Part shown: positions 28,859 to 38,669 of the stretch, one piece after another
How the letters are laid out: each line of letters begins with the position of its first letter
Position numbering within the stretch: position 1 is the stretch's first letter
NCBI GenBank assembly: GCA_044344255.1
Contig: JBIJDH010000009.1
Coordinates: forward strand, 1 to 64,000
Source of the DNA: Myxococcota bacterium
GTDB lineage: Bacteria > Myxococcota_A > UBA796 > UBA2385
Direction of reading: 5' to 3'
DNA length: 64,000 nucleotides
Notes under the pieces: generated by a model
Told to the model about the DNA's origin: nothing
The model's database searches: none
The model's input: the letters and a program-made list of their open reading frames with translations, nothing else
Program-made: the position numbers and the translations under genes

Positions 28859-29581
28859 TCAGCCGCGGTCTCCCGCCGCCCGCCGTTGGACCTCCTCCAT
28901 CATCTGCCGCTCCTTCGGATCGGCGCTGGGGTCGAAGTAGACGGTGCGGCTCAGGCCGTCGGGGCAGGTCACGGTGAGCCGATCGATCATCCCGTGATCA
29001 CCCGGGAGCAGCGACTGCTGAATCGGCAAGCGCCCTTTGTCACGGCAGAGCACTTGAGACATCCAGACATACTCATCGCTGATCACAGAGACGGTGACCG
29101 GCCGACCGAGCTGCTGACCGGCGGCCTCGACGCTGGCCCGGGCCTCCGCGGAGAGGTCGGGGAGGATGTGCAGCAGCACACGAATCGCCCTCGGATCCGG
29201 CCCGGGCTCACTCATCTCTCGGAGGAGGAGGTCCGCGGCGCGGTTGAGGTCGCCGCGATCGCCGGCTTCGATGGCCTGGAGCGAGAGCAGCCCGTATCCG
29301 GGCCCGCAGCGACCATAGGCCACCCGCCAATGCTCCGCGGCCGCCACCTTCTCACCGGCCTTCGCCAGCGCCACGCCCTCCGCCACCTCCGCTTCGCAGC
29401 TCCGGTCGCCCCCGACGGGAGGGGGGAGGGGGATCACGGGCGTCGGCGGCCGATGGACGCAGCCAGAGGCGAACAGCGTCGCCAGCGCCACGGCCGCGAC
29501 GACCCCCGGTGACAACCCGACCCACCCTTGCGGCGATGAACCCATGCGGACGCTCTCCCGACCGAGCCACCGGAAGACCAT
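28859..29581 (-). CDS. Hypothetical lipoprotein with helical repeats; start uncertain
   Basis: Lipobox-like FASGC; coding-like composition. Confidence 0.55.
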   Translation of the reverse strand: MVFRWLGRESVRMGSSPQGWVGLSPGVVAAVALATLFASGCVHRPPTPVIPLPPPVGGDRSCEAEVAEGVALAKAGEKVAAAEHWRVAYGRCGPGYGLLSLQAIEAGDRGDLNRAADLLLREMSEPGPDPRAIRVLLHILPDLSAEARASVEAAGQQLGRPVTVSVISDEYVWMSQVLCRDKGRLPIQQSLLPGDHGMIDRLTVTCPDGLSRTVYFDPSADPKERQMMEEVQRRAAGDRG

Positions 29582-29701
29582 AGCACCCTCGCTCCGGCGC
29601 GGCGGTTCCCGCATCCCCCCGTAAGAGTCGGGCTCCCCCTCCCTTGGCCCCGTGTCCTCCGAGGCCGCCCGATACATTCTCGGGCGAACCCAGGCCCCGG
29701 C

Positions 29702-30841
29702 GTGGTAGACGCCCAGTCGTCCTCGCCCCCCCCCAACGAACCCGCCCGAGCGTTCATGGCCCGCCGCTCCTCCCTCGCCCGCCGCATGGCCGCGCATCGG
29801 CGGGCGTGGGTGTGGGTGCACGGGGCGCGACAGCGACGGTGGCTGCTCCGACTGGCCCTCGCCTTCGCCGTCCTGTTCATCGGCGCCCGTCCGGCGGTGG
29901 CGGAGCCGCTCACCTTGCCCAAGGGGGAGGATCCGAGCGCCTGGGCCGAGATCCTGGCGATCGCTGGCCTGGAGATCGGCCCCCCTTCGGGGGGAGCTTG
30001 GGTGGTGGTGCAAGCCCGGGGAGACCGCTGGAGCCTCGTCGTGCTCGACCGCTCCGGACATATGCACGAGGCGACGGTCCCCCTCCCGACGGGAGAGGCG
30101 GAGCGGGAGGAGGTGGCCTGGCTGGCCAGCAGTCTGCTCCGATCCCCGCCGCCGGCACCCACGCCAACGCCGCTCGCCAGCCTGCCGCCGCCCTCAGGCC
30201 CTGCTCCGTCTCCAGCCCCGCGCCCCCGACCCCCGCCCAAGATCGCGCCAGCGCCTCCCCCGCCGCCGCTCTCCGAGGCGGCCCCGCTCGTTGAGCCGAC
30301 TGTGGGGGCGCCCGAGCCCGAGTCGGCGCCGTTCTGGAGAGGGGAGCTGGGCGGGGAGCTGATCCTCGCCGCGGGGCGCCAGGCTGGCGTCGGGGTGCAC
30401 CTCGGCGGTGGTCTCGATCGTCGCGACGGCCGCCTCGGCGCCGCCGCCCGGCTCAGCCTCATCCCCGCCACCCAGCTCCGAGGCCTCGCCGGTGACCGCT
30501 GGCGCCGCGATCTGTACGGGAGCCTCGGGCCCACCCTCCGCCTGGGCGACCAACACCCGCTCCGGCTCGGGCCCACGTTCGGGCTCGCGCTCCGCGCCTT
30601 CGGCGAGGAGGGGGTGGTCGCCAAGCGGCTCTGGATCCCCACCACCGGTCTCCAGGGCCAGTGGTCGCGGCGCGTCGGGCCGGCGCTCCACGTCAGCTTC
30701 AGCGGGTGGGGGGCCATTGATCTGCGATCGACCGAGCTGATCATCGGAGACGCCCCCCCCGACGTACAAGGGCGGTGGAGCGGAGGTATCGGACTCGCGC
30801 TCGGCTGGTCAGAGATCCACAGATCGCGTAAAGCGATGTGA
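29702..30841 (+). CDS. Hypothetical exported protein (Pro-rich linker, C-terminal beta-barrel-like region); start uncertain
   Basis: Signal-like LLRLALAFAVLFIGA..AVA; alternating Gly/hydrophobic strands. Confidence 0.55.
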   Translation: MVDAQSSSPPPNEPARAFMARRSSLARRMAAHRRAWVWVHGARQRRWLLRLALAFAVLFIGARPAVAEPLTLPKGEDPSAWAEILAIAGLEIGPPSGGAWVVVQARGDRWSLVVLDRSGHMHEATVPLPTGEAEREEVAWLASSLLRSPPPAPTPTPLASLPPPSGPAPSPAPRPRPPPKIAPAPPPPPLSEAAPLVEPTVGAPEPESAPFWRGELGGELILAAGRQAGVGVHLGGGLDRRDGRLGAAARLSLIPATQLRGLAGDRWRRDLYGSLGPTLRLGDQHPLRLGPTFGLALRAFGEEGVVAKRLWIPTTGLQGQWSRRVGPALHVSFSGWGAIDLRSTELIIGDAPPDVQGRWSGGIGLALGWSEIHRSRKAM

Positions 30842-30874
30842 TCGTTCTCAACATTTGGGAGCATCGAGGCGACT

Positions 30875-31438
30875 GTGAATCCGCTGACGCCCGAAGCCCT
30901 CCTGTGGAAGGAGGCCCAGGAGGGTGACCCTCATGCCCTCGATCACCTCCTCCGCGCCACGCTCCCTGCCGTGCTGGCGTGGTGCCGTCGTCTCTCCGGC
31001 CCCGGCGTGGACGCCGAACAAGCGGCGCAAGAGGTCGGCATCGTGCTCCTTCGGCGCCTCCACACGATCGGCGCCCCGGAGCAGCTCCCGTCCTGGCTCT
31101 TCTCCACCACCCGCAAGGTGCTCGCGGGTCAGCGACGAAAGGCCTGGCTCCGCCGCTGGGTCCCTGGCGTGCGCGTGGAGGACGTCACCCCCTCCAGCCC
31201 TCCGCAAGTCGAGCAGCGCCTCGAGGCCGAGGCGGTCCGCGGCGTCGTGGCCACGCTCCCAGAAGACCTCCGCGAGGTGCTCGTGCTCTGCGATCTCGAA
31301 GAGCGACCCGACCCCGAGGTGGCGCGCCTCCTGGGCATCCCGGACGGCACCGTCAAGAGCCGCCTCCGGAGGGCCCGCGCGTTGTTTCGCGACCGCGCCC
31401 GCGCCGCCGGCCTCGCCCCGGACGGGGGTGGTCCATGA
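30875..31438 (+). CDS. ECF RNA polymerase sigma factor
   Basis: AQEGD..AL, AEQAAQEV, SWLF, LPEDLREVLVLCDLE, LGIPDGTVKSRLRRAR. Confidence 0.9.
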   Translation: MNPLTPEALLWKEAQEGDPHALDHLLRATLPAVLAWCRRLSGPGVDAEQAAQEVGIVLLRRLHTIGAPEQLPSWLFSTTRKVLAGQRRKAWLRRWVPGVRVEDVTPSSPPQVEQRLEAEAVRGVVATLPEDLREVLVLCDLEERPDPEVARLLGIPDGTVKSRLRRARALFRDRARAAGLAPDGGGP

Positions 31439-32355
31439 TTGACTCGAATGAACCCACGCTCCTCCAGCGGCTGCGTCAGCACACCGAGCCCCAACCCGAA
31501 GAGATCGGGCGGTTGATCCGCGCGGTGCGCAGCGGCGCCGCGGCCCCCACGCAACCCCTCGGGGGGCCTTGGCGATGGCTCTTGCCCGTCGCGGTCGCGG
31601 CCTCCGCCCTGCTGTGGTGGGTCAGGCTCCCCCCACCCGACGTCACGCTCCCGCGCGCAACCCTCCAAGCCGCGGCGGCTACGCTCCCCGAAGGCCTCCA
31701 CCTCGAGGCCTCCGGAGAGGGGAGCATCGAAGGCAGCTCGCTCCACCCACGCCTGCAGTGGGAGCGTGGCTCGATCCGCGTCGAGGTCGACCCCGAAGCC
31801 GGGCTCGACGTCGCGCTCCGCACCCGCGAGGGTGAGGTGAGGGTCATCGGCACCGTCTTCAACGTGAACCGAGACGCGCTCGGCACGCAGGTCTCCGTAG
31901 AGCGCGGCCACGTCGCCGTCACCTGCGTCTCCGCCGCGGGCCCGGAGCGCTCGGTGACCGCGGGGGGCACCACCACCTGCCTGCCCACCACCGCCGGCGG
32001 CCTGCTCGGACGCGCCCGAGCCCTCGAAGATCAAGGCGCGGCGCCCCTCAGCGTGCTCGAGGCGATCGAGTCCGGGCTGGCCCTCGCCGAGCCGGGGGCC
32101 GCGGTCTCCGCGGAGCTGCGCTACCTCCGCATCGACGCCCTCCACCGCGCCGGGCGAGGCCCCGAGGCCCGCGTCGAGGCCGACCGTTTCCTGGAGAGCG
32201 GTGAGAAGCTCCGCCGCGTCGAGGTCCTCCGCCTCGCGGCCACCCTCGACCTCGCGGAGGGCGGCTGCCCCGCCGCGGCCGCCCGTCTGACCCAGCTCCG
32301 AGAGGCGGGAGCTGTCGCCGACGATCCCCTGCTCACCCGCTGCGCCCAGCCGTGA
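31435..32355 (+). CDS. FecR-domain anti-sigma factor with C-terminal helical repeats
   Basis: TM helix; GSIRVEV, VRVIGTVFNV, VSVERGHVAV; ATGA overlap with ECF gene. Confidence 0.82.
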   Translation: MIDSNEPTLLQRLRQHTEPQPEEIGRLIRAVRSGAAAPTQPLGGPWRWLLPVAVAASALLWWVRLPPPDVTLPRATLQAAAATLPEGLHLEASGEGSIEGSSLHPRLQWERGSIRVEVDPEAGLDVALRTREGEVRVIGTVFNVNRDALGTQVSVERGHVAVTCVSAAGPERSVTAGGTTTCLPTTAGGLLGRARALEDQGAAPLSVLEAIESGLALAEPGAAVSAELRYLRIDALHRAGRGPEARVEADRFLESGEKLRRVEVLRLAATLDLAEGGCPAAAARLTQLREAGAVADDPLLTRCAQP

Positions 32356-33845
32356 CGGGCGCCCATCGAGCCCGCCGGACCGGCCCAAGCTCGGCCTCCT
32401 TCACGTGGTCCTGCCTCCCGTGGATCTGTCTGCTCGGGGGCTGCGAGACGGCGGCCGTCCGCTTTGAGCCTGTACCTGGGGAGGCGAGCGGCGGAGGCGC
32501 GTCCGCCGGGGACAGCGGCTTGCCCCAGACCGACAGCGGCGGCGCCAACGACAGCGGCGGCGACAGTGGCGGCGGCGCCAACGACAGCGGTGACAGTGGC
32601 GGGGCGGACAGCGGCGAGGACACCGACCCTCCCGAGCCCTGGGCGGTCAGCGGCTCCACCGACGACGAGGCGCTCGGCGCCGACGGCCTCGCCTGGACCA
32701 CCGATCTCGACGGCGCGGCCCTCCTCGTGGTGGCCTCCCCCTCCGCCGACGAGGGCCGGGGCAGCGTCGCCCTCTTCGATCCCACCGCCGAGGCCCTCGC
32801 TTGGTCGGGCGCCGAGGCCGCCTGGAGCGGCCGAGAAGGGGATGGCCTCGGAGGAGCCCTCCTCCCCTGGGCGCCCGCCGAGGGTGAGCGCTTCGCCCTC
32901 CTCGCCGGCGCCCCCGACGCCGACTTCGCGTCTTGGTACGGCGAGAGCTACGTCTACGAGGACGTCGGCCGCGTCGTCTATCTCAGCTGGCCCGCTCCGA
33001 CCGACGCCCCCTCCATCATCGGCTACTCGATCAATGACGCCTTCGGCGCTGCCCTCGCCGGCGGCGACCTCAACGGTGACGGCCGCGCCGATCTGGCGGT
33101 CGCGGCCCCTGGCTCCTGGGAGAGCCGAGGTCGGGTCTACCTCTTCGACGCCGATCAAGTCGGAGAGGATCTGCTGGCCGCCGAGGCCGACGGCTCCATC
33201 ACGGGTGACGCCCCCGGCGACGCCGCCGGCACCACGTTGAGCATCAGCCCCGACCTCGATCTGGACGGCTACGCCGAGCTGATCGTCTGCTCGCCCGGGG
33301 CTGACTCCGGCCTCTGTGCGGTGGTGCCCGGTGACGCCGAGCTCAGCGGCTTCGACGACAGCCTCGACGAGCGCGCCACCACCCTCATCGTCGGGGGAGT
33401 GGGCGGCGGCCTGGGCCTCGAGGCCGCGCTCGTGACCGTGGACGCCACCGGTGACGGCACCCTCGATCTCCTGCTGGGCGACAGCGTCATCGGTGAGATC
33501 GCCCGCTTCGACGGTCCCCTCGCCGCCGGCACCGCCTCCTGGTCCGACGCGCCCGCCCGCATCACGGGCAGCCCGGGGCTCGGAGGCGCGCTGCTCGTCG
33601 ACCCGGCGACCGACACCCTCTGGGCCGGCGCCCCCGCCGACGGTGAGGGCAAGGTGTGGTCTTCGCCGCTCCCGCTCGCCGACGGCCTTCACGCCGCTGG
33701 CCTCGACGAAGACCTCTCCTCGTGGACGGGAGAAGGTCCTGGGTTTGGCGCCGGCCTCGCCCTCCAAGGCGACCAGCTCGCGGTGGGCGCCCCCGGCGCC
33801 GATGAGGGGAGGGGACAGGTCACCCTCCTGCCCACAGGGCCCTGA
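32352..33845 (+). CDS. FG-GAP (integrin alpha-like) repeat lipoprotein
   Basis: LLGGC lipobox; GDLNGDGRADLAVAAPG, DLDLDGYAELIV, GAPG repeats; DSGG linker. Confidence 0.85.
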   Translation: MTGAHRARRTGPSSASFTWSCLPWICLLGGCETAAVRFEPVPGEASGGGASAGDSGLPQTDSGGANDSGGDSGGGANDSGDSGGADSGEDTDPPEPWAVSGSTDDEALGADGLAWTTDLDGAALLVVASPSADEGRGSVALFDPTAEALAWSGAEAAWSGREGDGLGGALLPWAPAEGERFALLAGAPDADFASWYGESYVYEDVGRVVYLSWPAPTDAPSIIGYSINDAFGAALAGGDLNGDGRADLAVAAPGSWESRGRVYLFDADQVGEDLLAAEADGSITGDAPGDAAGTTLSISPDLDLDGYAELIVCSPGADSGLCAVVPGDAELSGFDDSLDERATTLIVGGVGGGLGLEAALVTVDATGDGTLDLLLGDSVIGEIARFDGPLAAGTASWSDAPARITGSPGLGGALLVDPATDTLWAGAPADGEGKVWSSPLPLADGLHAAGLDEDLSSWTGEGPGFGAGLALQGDQLAVGAPGADEGRGQVTLLPTGP

Positions 33846-33891
33846 GCCGCGGAGAGGGCGACCGTCCCCGATGAGGCGGATAAGGTGCCCC

Positions 33892-34632
33892 ATGCACTCC
33901 GCCGACACCGACCCCTCGGCCCCCGCCTCCGCCGAACCCTCCGCGCTCCGAGCTCTAATCGCCGCGCTGGTGCTCGGCTGGCCCCTGCCCGCCGCCGCCC
34001 GCGAGTGCCGGACGGCCGTGCCGGTGCTGATGGACGGCTTCGAGCTCCGGGTGCCAGACCGCGGCGCCCTCCCGCGCGGCGAGTGTGACCTGCTGGTCAC
34101 CACCACCGCCGAGGGGGCGGTCTCAGCCGTCGCGCTCCTCGACTGCCCGGCGCCGTTGGTGGAGGCGGCCTCTGACCTGCTGCGGGCCCAGAAGTGGCGG
34201 CCGGCCCGGGCCTGCAGGCAGGAGGTCGCCGCCGAGACCGGGGTGGCGGTCTACTTCGGGGAGCCCGGCTCCGTTCGGAACATCACCGAGGTCGTGCGGG
34301 TTCGGGAGCAATTCGTGCCCGAGCTCCCGCCAGAGGCCATCCTACCCGAGGGCCAATACCTGAGCTGTGACCTCCGGATCTACGCAGACCGAAAGGGAAT
34401 CGCCCGGGCGTCCACCCTGGTCGGATGCTCCCGCGTTCGCCCCGTCGGGGGCGACCAGCTCGAGGTCTTGCCCGAGCCGTTGGACCCTGCGCTCCTCGCC
34501 CGCCTCGGGCCGCTGCTCTCACAGGCCGGCGTACGTTGGCGGTTCTACCCCGGCTTGTCCGATATGTCTGCCCTGCCGAGCCCCTTTGACCTCACCCTCG
34601 TCTTCACCCCGCTGAGGGGTCCCGCCGGATGA
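33892..34632 (+). CDS. Exported protein with two putative TonB C-terminal-like domains
   Basis: Two repeats of C-D-L-x-hydrophobic..G..C..W-R (KWRPA, RWRFYP). Confidence 0.45.
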   Translation: MHSADTDPSAPASAEPSALRALIAALVLGWPLPAAARECRTAVPVLMDGFELRVPDRGALPRGECDLLVTTTAEGAVSAVALLDCPAPLVEAASDLLRAQKWRPARACRQEVAAETGVAVYFGEPGSVRNITEVVRVREQFVPELPPEAILPEGQYLSCDLRIYADRKGIARASTLVGCSRVRPVGGDQLEVLPEPLDPALLARLGPLLSQAGVRWRFYPGLSDMSALPSPFDLTLVFTPLRGPAG

Positions 34633-36167
34633 GCCGACTCGCGCGCCCCTGGCATGGCCTCCGGGTCACCCTGCGCATGGCCGGGGTGGTCGTCGACCAA
34701 CAGGTGCATTGGCGCGCATGGGGCGCTTTGAGGCTCAGCCCCGAGGGGACGGCGGGCTGGCCGCAGGGCGCCCCCGCGCTGACGGCGATCTGGGAGGGCC
34801 GAGAGGCGGTGCGCCTCGAGTCCCCGGCGCCCGGGGGGCCCTCCGGCCGCCTCACCCCCGGCGGCCACCTCCGCTGGGCCGAGACCGAGGGCGTGCAGCT
34901 TGACCTCGATCTCATCCCGCGAGAGCCGGCCCTCCGCTGGTCCCGCGACAGCGGCGATCTCCCCCTCGCCGTGCTGGTGCTGCTGCTCAGCGTGAGCGTG
35001 AGCCAGCTCAGCGTGCTGTGGGAGCTCTTCGGGCCCACCACCTCCGTCTCCGCGACGGCGACGGGTATGGAGCCCGACCCGGAGACCATCGCCCGCTTGC
35101 TCGAGCGAGACCTCGAGGGAGCGGAGGAGGGTTACGCCGAGCGCGCAGAGCGCGCCGAGCACGCCGAGGGGGCCCCCTCCTTTTACATGCCAGCCGGCAA
35201 CCAAGGCACGCTCGGGAGGGCCGGGGGCGGCGCCACGCAGGGTAACGGCGTCTCTCGCCCCGAGACGGAGAGCCTCGCCGACGAGGCGGCCGAGGCGCTG
35301 GCCGAGGCGGAGCTGCCCGAGCCCCCAACGAAGGGGGCCCCGGAGCCCCCGCCAGAGGCGCCGACAAACCTCGACCCCGGCCCTGTCCCCGAGCCCCTGC
35401 TCGCGGATGCCGAAGAGCCGCCGCCCCCGGAGAGCGCCGATGAGGCCCCCTCGCCGATGGAGCGCTTCATCGGCTGGGGCTTCCGCGACTGGTTCGACGT
35501 GCGCGACGCCCGCCCGGAGAACGAGCACCGGATCCGCCGCGAGCTCGACGTCGCTCGCCGAAGGTTGCGGATCAATCCAGATGATCCAGGAGCGCTGAAC
35601 GTGGTGGGCTACTATTCCTACCTCGCCGAGAACCAGGAGCTGTGCCGGGAGACTTATCAGCGTTACATCGAACTTTATCCTGAAGATCCAGCAGGCTACA
35701 ACAACCTCGCGCTCACCTACAAGCGCAGCGGGGAGTACCAGACCGAAGAGGCGATGTACCGAAAGGCCCTGGAGCTCGACCCCCTCGACGTAAACGTCCT
35801 CAACAACCTCGCGGTCAACCTCGCCCATCAGGGGCGTTACACCGAGGCCTTGGAGTGGATGGCCCTCCTGGAGGAGCTCGACCCCGGAGACCCTTACGCC
35901 GAGCTCCACCGCGCGAAGATCCACGCCGCCATGGGCCACCGAGAGCGAGCCTACCAACACCTGAAGGACGCTCTGGAGGGGATGAAGGATCTCGACACCC
36001 TGCACCACATCGAGTTCCGCCAAGACCTCCGCGTCGATCCCGTCTTCGACGAGCTGCGCAGCGAAGACCGCTTCGCCCGGATCCTCCGTAAATATTACGG
36101 TAAAGAGGCTGACTATCTGCTGACCGGCCGAGACCGCCGCGCCAGACGCGGAGGGGAGGGTGGTTGA
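34629..36167 (+). CDS. Membrane-anchored TPR protein
   Basis: TM helix, acidic Pro-rich linker, TPRs (GYNNLA, VLNNLAV), terminal DPVFDELRSEDRF. Confidence 0.8.
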   Translation: MSRLARPWHGLRVTLRMAGVVVDQQVHWRAWGALRLSPEGTAGWPQGAPALTAIWEGREAVRLESPAPGGPSGRLTPGGHLRWAETEGVQLDLDLIPREPALRWSRDSGDLPLAVLVLLLSVSVSQLSVLWELFGPTTSVSATATGMEPDPETIARLLERDLEGAEEGYAERAERAEHAEGAPSFYMPAGNQGTLGRAGGGATQGNGVSRPETESLADEAAEALAEAELPEPPTKGAPEPPPEAPTNLDPGPVPEPLLADAEEPPPPESADEAPSPMERFIGWGFRDWFDVRDARPENEHRIRRELDVARRRLRINPDDPGALNVVGYYSYLAENQELCRETYQRYIELYPEDPAGYNNLALTYKRSGEYQTEEAMYRKALELDPLDVNVLNNLAVNLAHQGRYTEALEWMALLEELDPGDPYAELHRAKIHAAMGHRERAYQHLKDALEGMKDLDTLHHIEFRQDLRVDPVFDELRSEDRFARILRKYYGKEADYLLTGRDRRARRGGEGG

Positions 36168-37248
36168 GCTCGCCGTCACCCTCCGCTTTCACGGTCGGGT
36201 CGTCGAGCGCCGAAACCTTGAGGTGCGGGGCGCGATCACGCTCGGTGAGGGCCCCGACAGCGTCCTGCCCTTTGAGGGCGGGCGGCTGGTCGTGGCGCGA
36301 GAGGGGGCTGCGCTCCGCTGCGGCGGTCGCCGGCTCACCGCGGGGGAGCAGATCGAGGTCAACTTCGACACGGTCGAGCTCACGCTACGGCACGTCGTCT
36401 CCCGTCCCACCCTCTTCGGGCCCCACCTGGAGGGCGTCCATCCGCTCTTCGATCGCCGTGCCCTGCTGCTGGGCGCCCTGCTGGTGGCGAGCCTCGCCTG
36501 GGCGCAGTCCGCGGCCTCCTGGGGCGACCGACCTGAAGCGGTTGATGCCGTAACCCTCGTAACCAGCGACCTACCACCGTCCGGCGAGGCGCCACCGCTG
36601 CGGGGGCACCACCGCGACCCGAGCGAGGTCGGGGAGATCTGGTACCGGTGGTATCGACGCGTGGTCCCTCGGGGTGACGCCGAGCGGGCCCGCGCCCAGC
36701 GACGACTGGACCAGCGCCCCGAGGACGCCGACGCCCTGCTCGTCCTGGCCCGAAATGCGGCCAACGCGGACGAAGACGCCGAGGCCCGACAGCTCTACCT
36801 CCGCCTCCTCACGCTCCGCCCGGACGACCACCGGAGCCGGCGGCGCCTCGCTTGGGTCGAGCAGCGCCTCGGGGAGGCCGAGGCCGCGCTTCAGACCCTG
36901 GACGCCATCCCCGCTGAGGCCGACGAGGCCCGGGAGGTCGCGGCGATGTGGGCCCTGCTCCTCGTCCGCACGGGCCAGACGGACGCGGCGGAGCGGGTCC
37001 TCGCGCCCCTCGATCCGGAGCACCCGCTCGTCGCCTACGCCGAGGCCCAGCTCAGCCTCGCCCGCGGGGAGCTCGAAGCTGCGGTCGACCAGCTCTCGAC
37101 GGCCTTGCTGCGCCTCGACCGGGCCTCCCCCGAAGATCAGGTCGAGATCCATCGAGAGCTGGCGCTCGATCCCGCCCTCGCCCCGCTCCGCAGCTCCGCG
37201 CGGATCCGCCTGCTCGCGGCGCGCCTGCTCAAGCCCACCTCGGGTTAG
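36160..37248 (+). CDS. Membrane-anchored TPR protein (paralog-like of upstream gene)
   Basis: Beta-rich N-terminus, TM helix, TPRs, terminal DPALAPLRSS. Confidence 0.75.
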   Translation: MVELAVTLRFHGRVVERRNLEVRGAITLGEGPDSVLPFEGGRLVVAREGAALRCGGRRLTAGEQIEVNFDTVELTLRHVVSRPTLFGPHLEGVHPLFDRRALLLGALLVASLAWAQSAASWGDRPEAVDAVTLVTSDLPPSGEAPPLRGHHRDPSEVGEIWYRWYRRVVPRGDAERARAQRRLDQRPEDADALLVLARNAANADEDAEARQLYLRLLTLRPDDHRSRRRLAWVEQRLGEAEAALQTLDAIPAEADEAREVAAMWALLLVRTGQTDAAERVLAPLDPEHPLVAYAEAQLSLARGELEAAVDQLSTALLRLDRASPEDQVEIHRELALDPALAPLRSSARIRLLAARLLKPTSG

Positions 37249-37256
37249 GCCACCGC

Positions 37257-37766
37257 ATGTCCGCTCCCCGTGTCGCCGTCTACGCTGGATCCTTCGACCC
37301 CATCACCGCGGGTCACCTTGACCTCGTGAGGCGGGCCACCTCCCTCTTTGACCGGGTGATCCTGGCGGTGGGCTACAACCCGGCCAAGCGCTCGGTGCTC
37401 CCCCTCGAGACCCGCCTCGCCGTCCTCCGCGAGGTCTCCGCAGATCTCCCGGGCGTGGAGGTAGACAGCTTCCAGGGCTTGCTCGTGCATTACTGCCGCA
37501 GCGTCGGCGCGACGGCCATCCTCCGCGGCCTCCGCGCGGTGAGCGACTTCGAGTTCGAGTTTCAGATCGGGCTCGCCAACATGGACATGGCGCCCGAGGT
37601 CCAGACGGTCTTCCTGCTCACCGAGCCGAAGAACATCTTCATCTCGTCGTCGCTGGTCCGCGAGATCGCGACGAACGGCGGCGACGTCTCCCGCTACCTG
37701 CCCCCACCAGCCCACGCCGCCTTGATGGCGGCGCTCAAGCCGGCGCCACCCACAGGGCCCGCGTGA
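37257..37766 (+). CDS. coaD: Pantetheine-phosphate adenylyltransferase
   Basis: YAGSFDPITAGH, RGLRAVSDFEFE, ISSSLVREI. Confidence 0.97.
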   Translation: MSAPRVAVYAGSFDPITAGHLDLVRRATSLFDRVILAVGYNPAKRSVLPLETRLAVLREVSADLPGVEVDSFQGLLVHYCRSVGATAILRGLRAVSDFEFEFQIGLANMDMAPEVQTVFLLTEPKNIFISSSLVREIATNGGDVSRYLPPPAHAALMAALKPAPPTGPA

Positions 37767-38616
37767 GGGCCTCCGCCACATAGTTGGCGGCGCGCTGGTG
37801 CCAGGCGCGGAAGCCAGCCCCGCCGATGGGGTTCAAGAGCTCGAGCACGCCGAAGACACGGCCGTCGGCGATAAGCGGGACGGCGAGGATCGCGCGGGTG
37901 GTGTAGCCCGTGACGGCGTCCACCTCGCCAAAGTGCTCCTGCCGCTGGCCCACCTCGTGGACCGTGAGGGAGGCACCTCGGCGGCGGACGAGGCCGGCGA
38001 TGCCAGCGTCCTCTGGGATCTCGATCGACAGCAGCGGCGCCGAGCGGGGGCCCCGCGCCGCCGCGAAGCAGAGGGTGCGGCGCCGAGGCACGTGGATCAG
38101 CACCGCGGCGCTCTCTGCGCCGACGGCCTCGAGCAAGATCCCGAGCGCGGCGTCACTGTCGACCCCGGGGGATCCGAAGGTGCCGAGCTCGGCGGCCTGG
38201 GCGCGGAGCCGCTCGAAGGCGTGCACCTCGCTCAGGCGGGCGACAGAGACAGGCGCGGACGGGGCCTCCGTCGCCTCGCTCGGGCGCGCAGCGACGAAGA
38301 TGTCGATGTCTCTCGTGATGTCCAGCTCGCCGGGACCGCTGTGATGCCCGCGCACCGCTCGACCCCGGAGGGACTCGACGATGCGAAAGTCACCGTTCGG
38401 GCGAAGCTCACAGAGCACCTCGCCGACCGCGTCCGGTCCGCACCCGAGCTCTTGGAGCACCTCATCGACCACGGCCAGCCAGCTCGCGGAGTGGATCGTC
38501 CGGAACGCCGCTACGAAGGTCACATCGCCTTCAGAGCTCGAGCCCGGCTCCCACTCAAGGTCCCAGTCCACCTCGCCCCCCGGATCGGCGGGTAAACCAA
38601 CCAGCTGCTCCCCCAT
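37735..38616 (-). CDS. GAF domain protein
   Basis: GIAGLV, VDAVTGYTTRAILAVPL, GVLELLN; GGAGG upstream. Confidence 0.82.
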   Translation of the reverse strand: MGEQLVGLPADPGGEVDWDLEWEPGSSSEGDVTFVAAFRTIHSASWLAVVDEVLQELGCGPDAVGEVLCELRPNGDFRIVESLRGRAVRGHHSGPGELDITRDIDIFVAARPSEATEAPSAPVSVARLSEVHAFERLRAQAAELGTFGSPGVDSDAALGILLEAVGAESAAVLIHVPRRRTLCFAAARGPRSAPLLSIEIPEDAGIAGLVRRRGASLTVHEVGQRQEHFGEVDAVTGYTTRAILAVPLIADGRVFGVLELLNPIGGAGFRAWHQRAANYVAEALTRALWVAPA

Positions 38617-38669
38617 GATGTCCCTCCGGCTTTGACAGGATAACCCGCAGCCATCGTTCGGGAGCCGGC

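Noticed and set aside
32510..32620. DSGG-type repeats in the FG-GAP lipoprotein
   Set aside because: Ordinary low-complexity linker after a lipobox
38617..38669. glmS ribozyme
   Set aside because: Only 53 nt between divergent genes, too short
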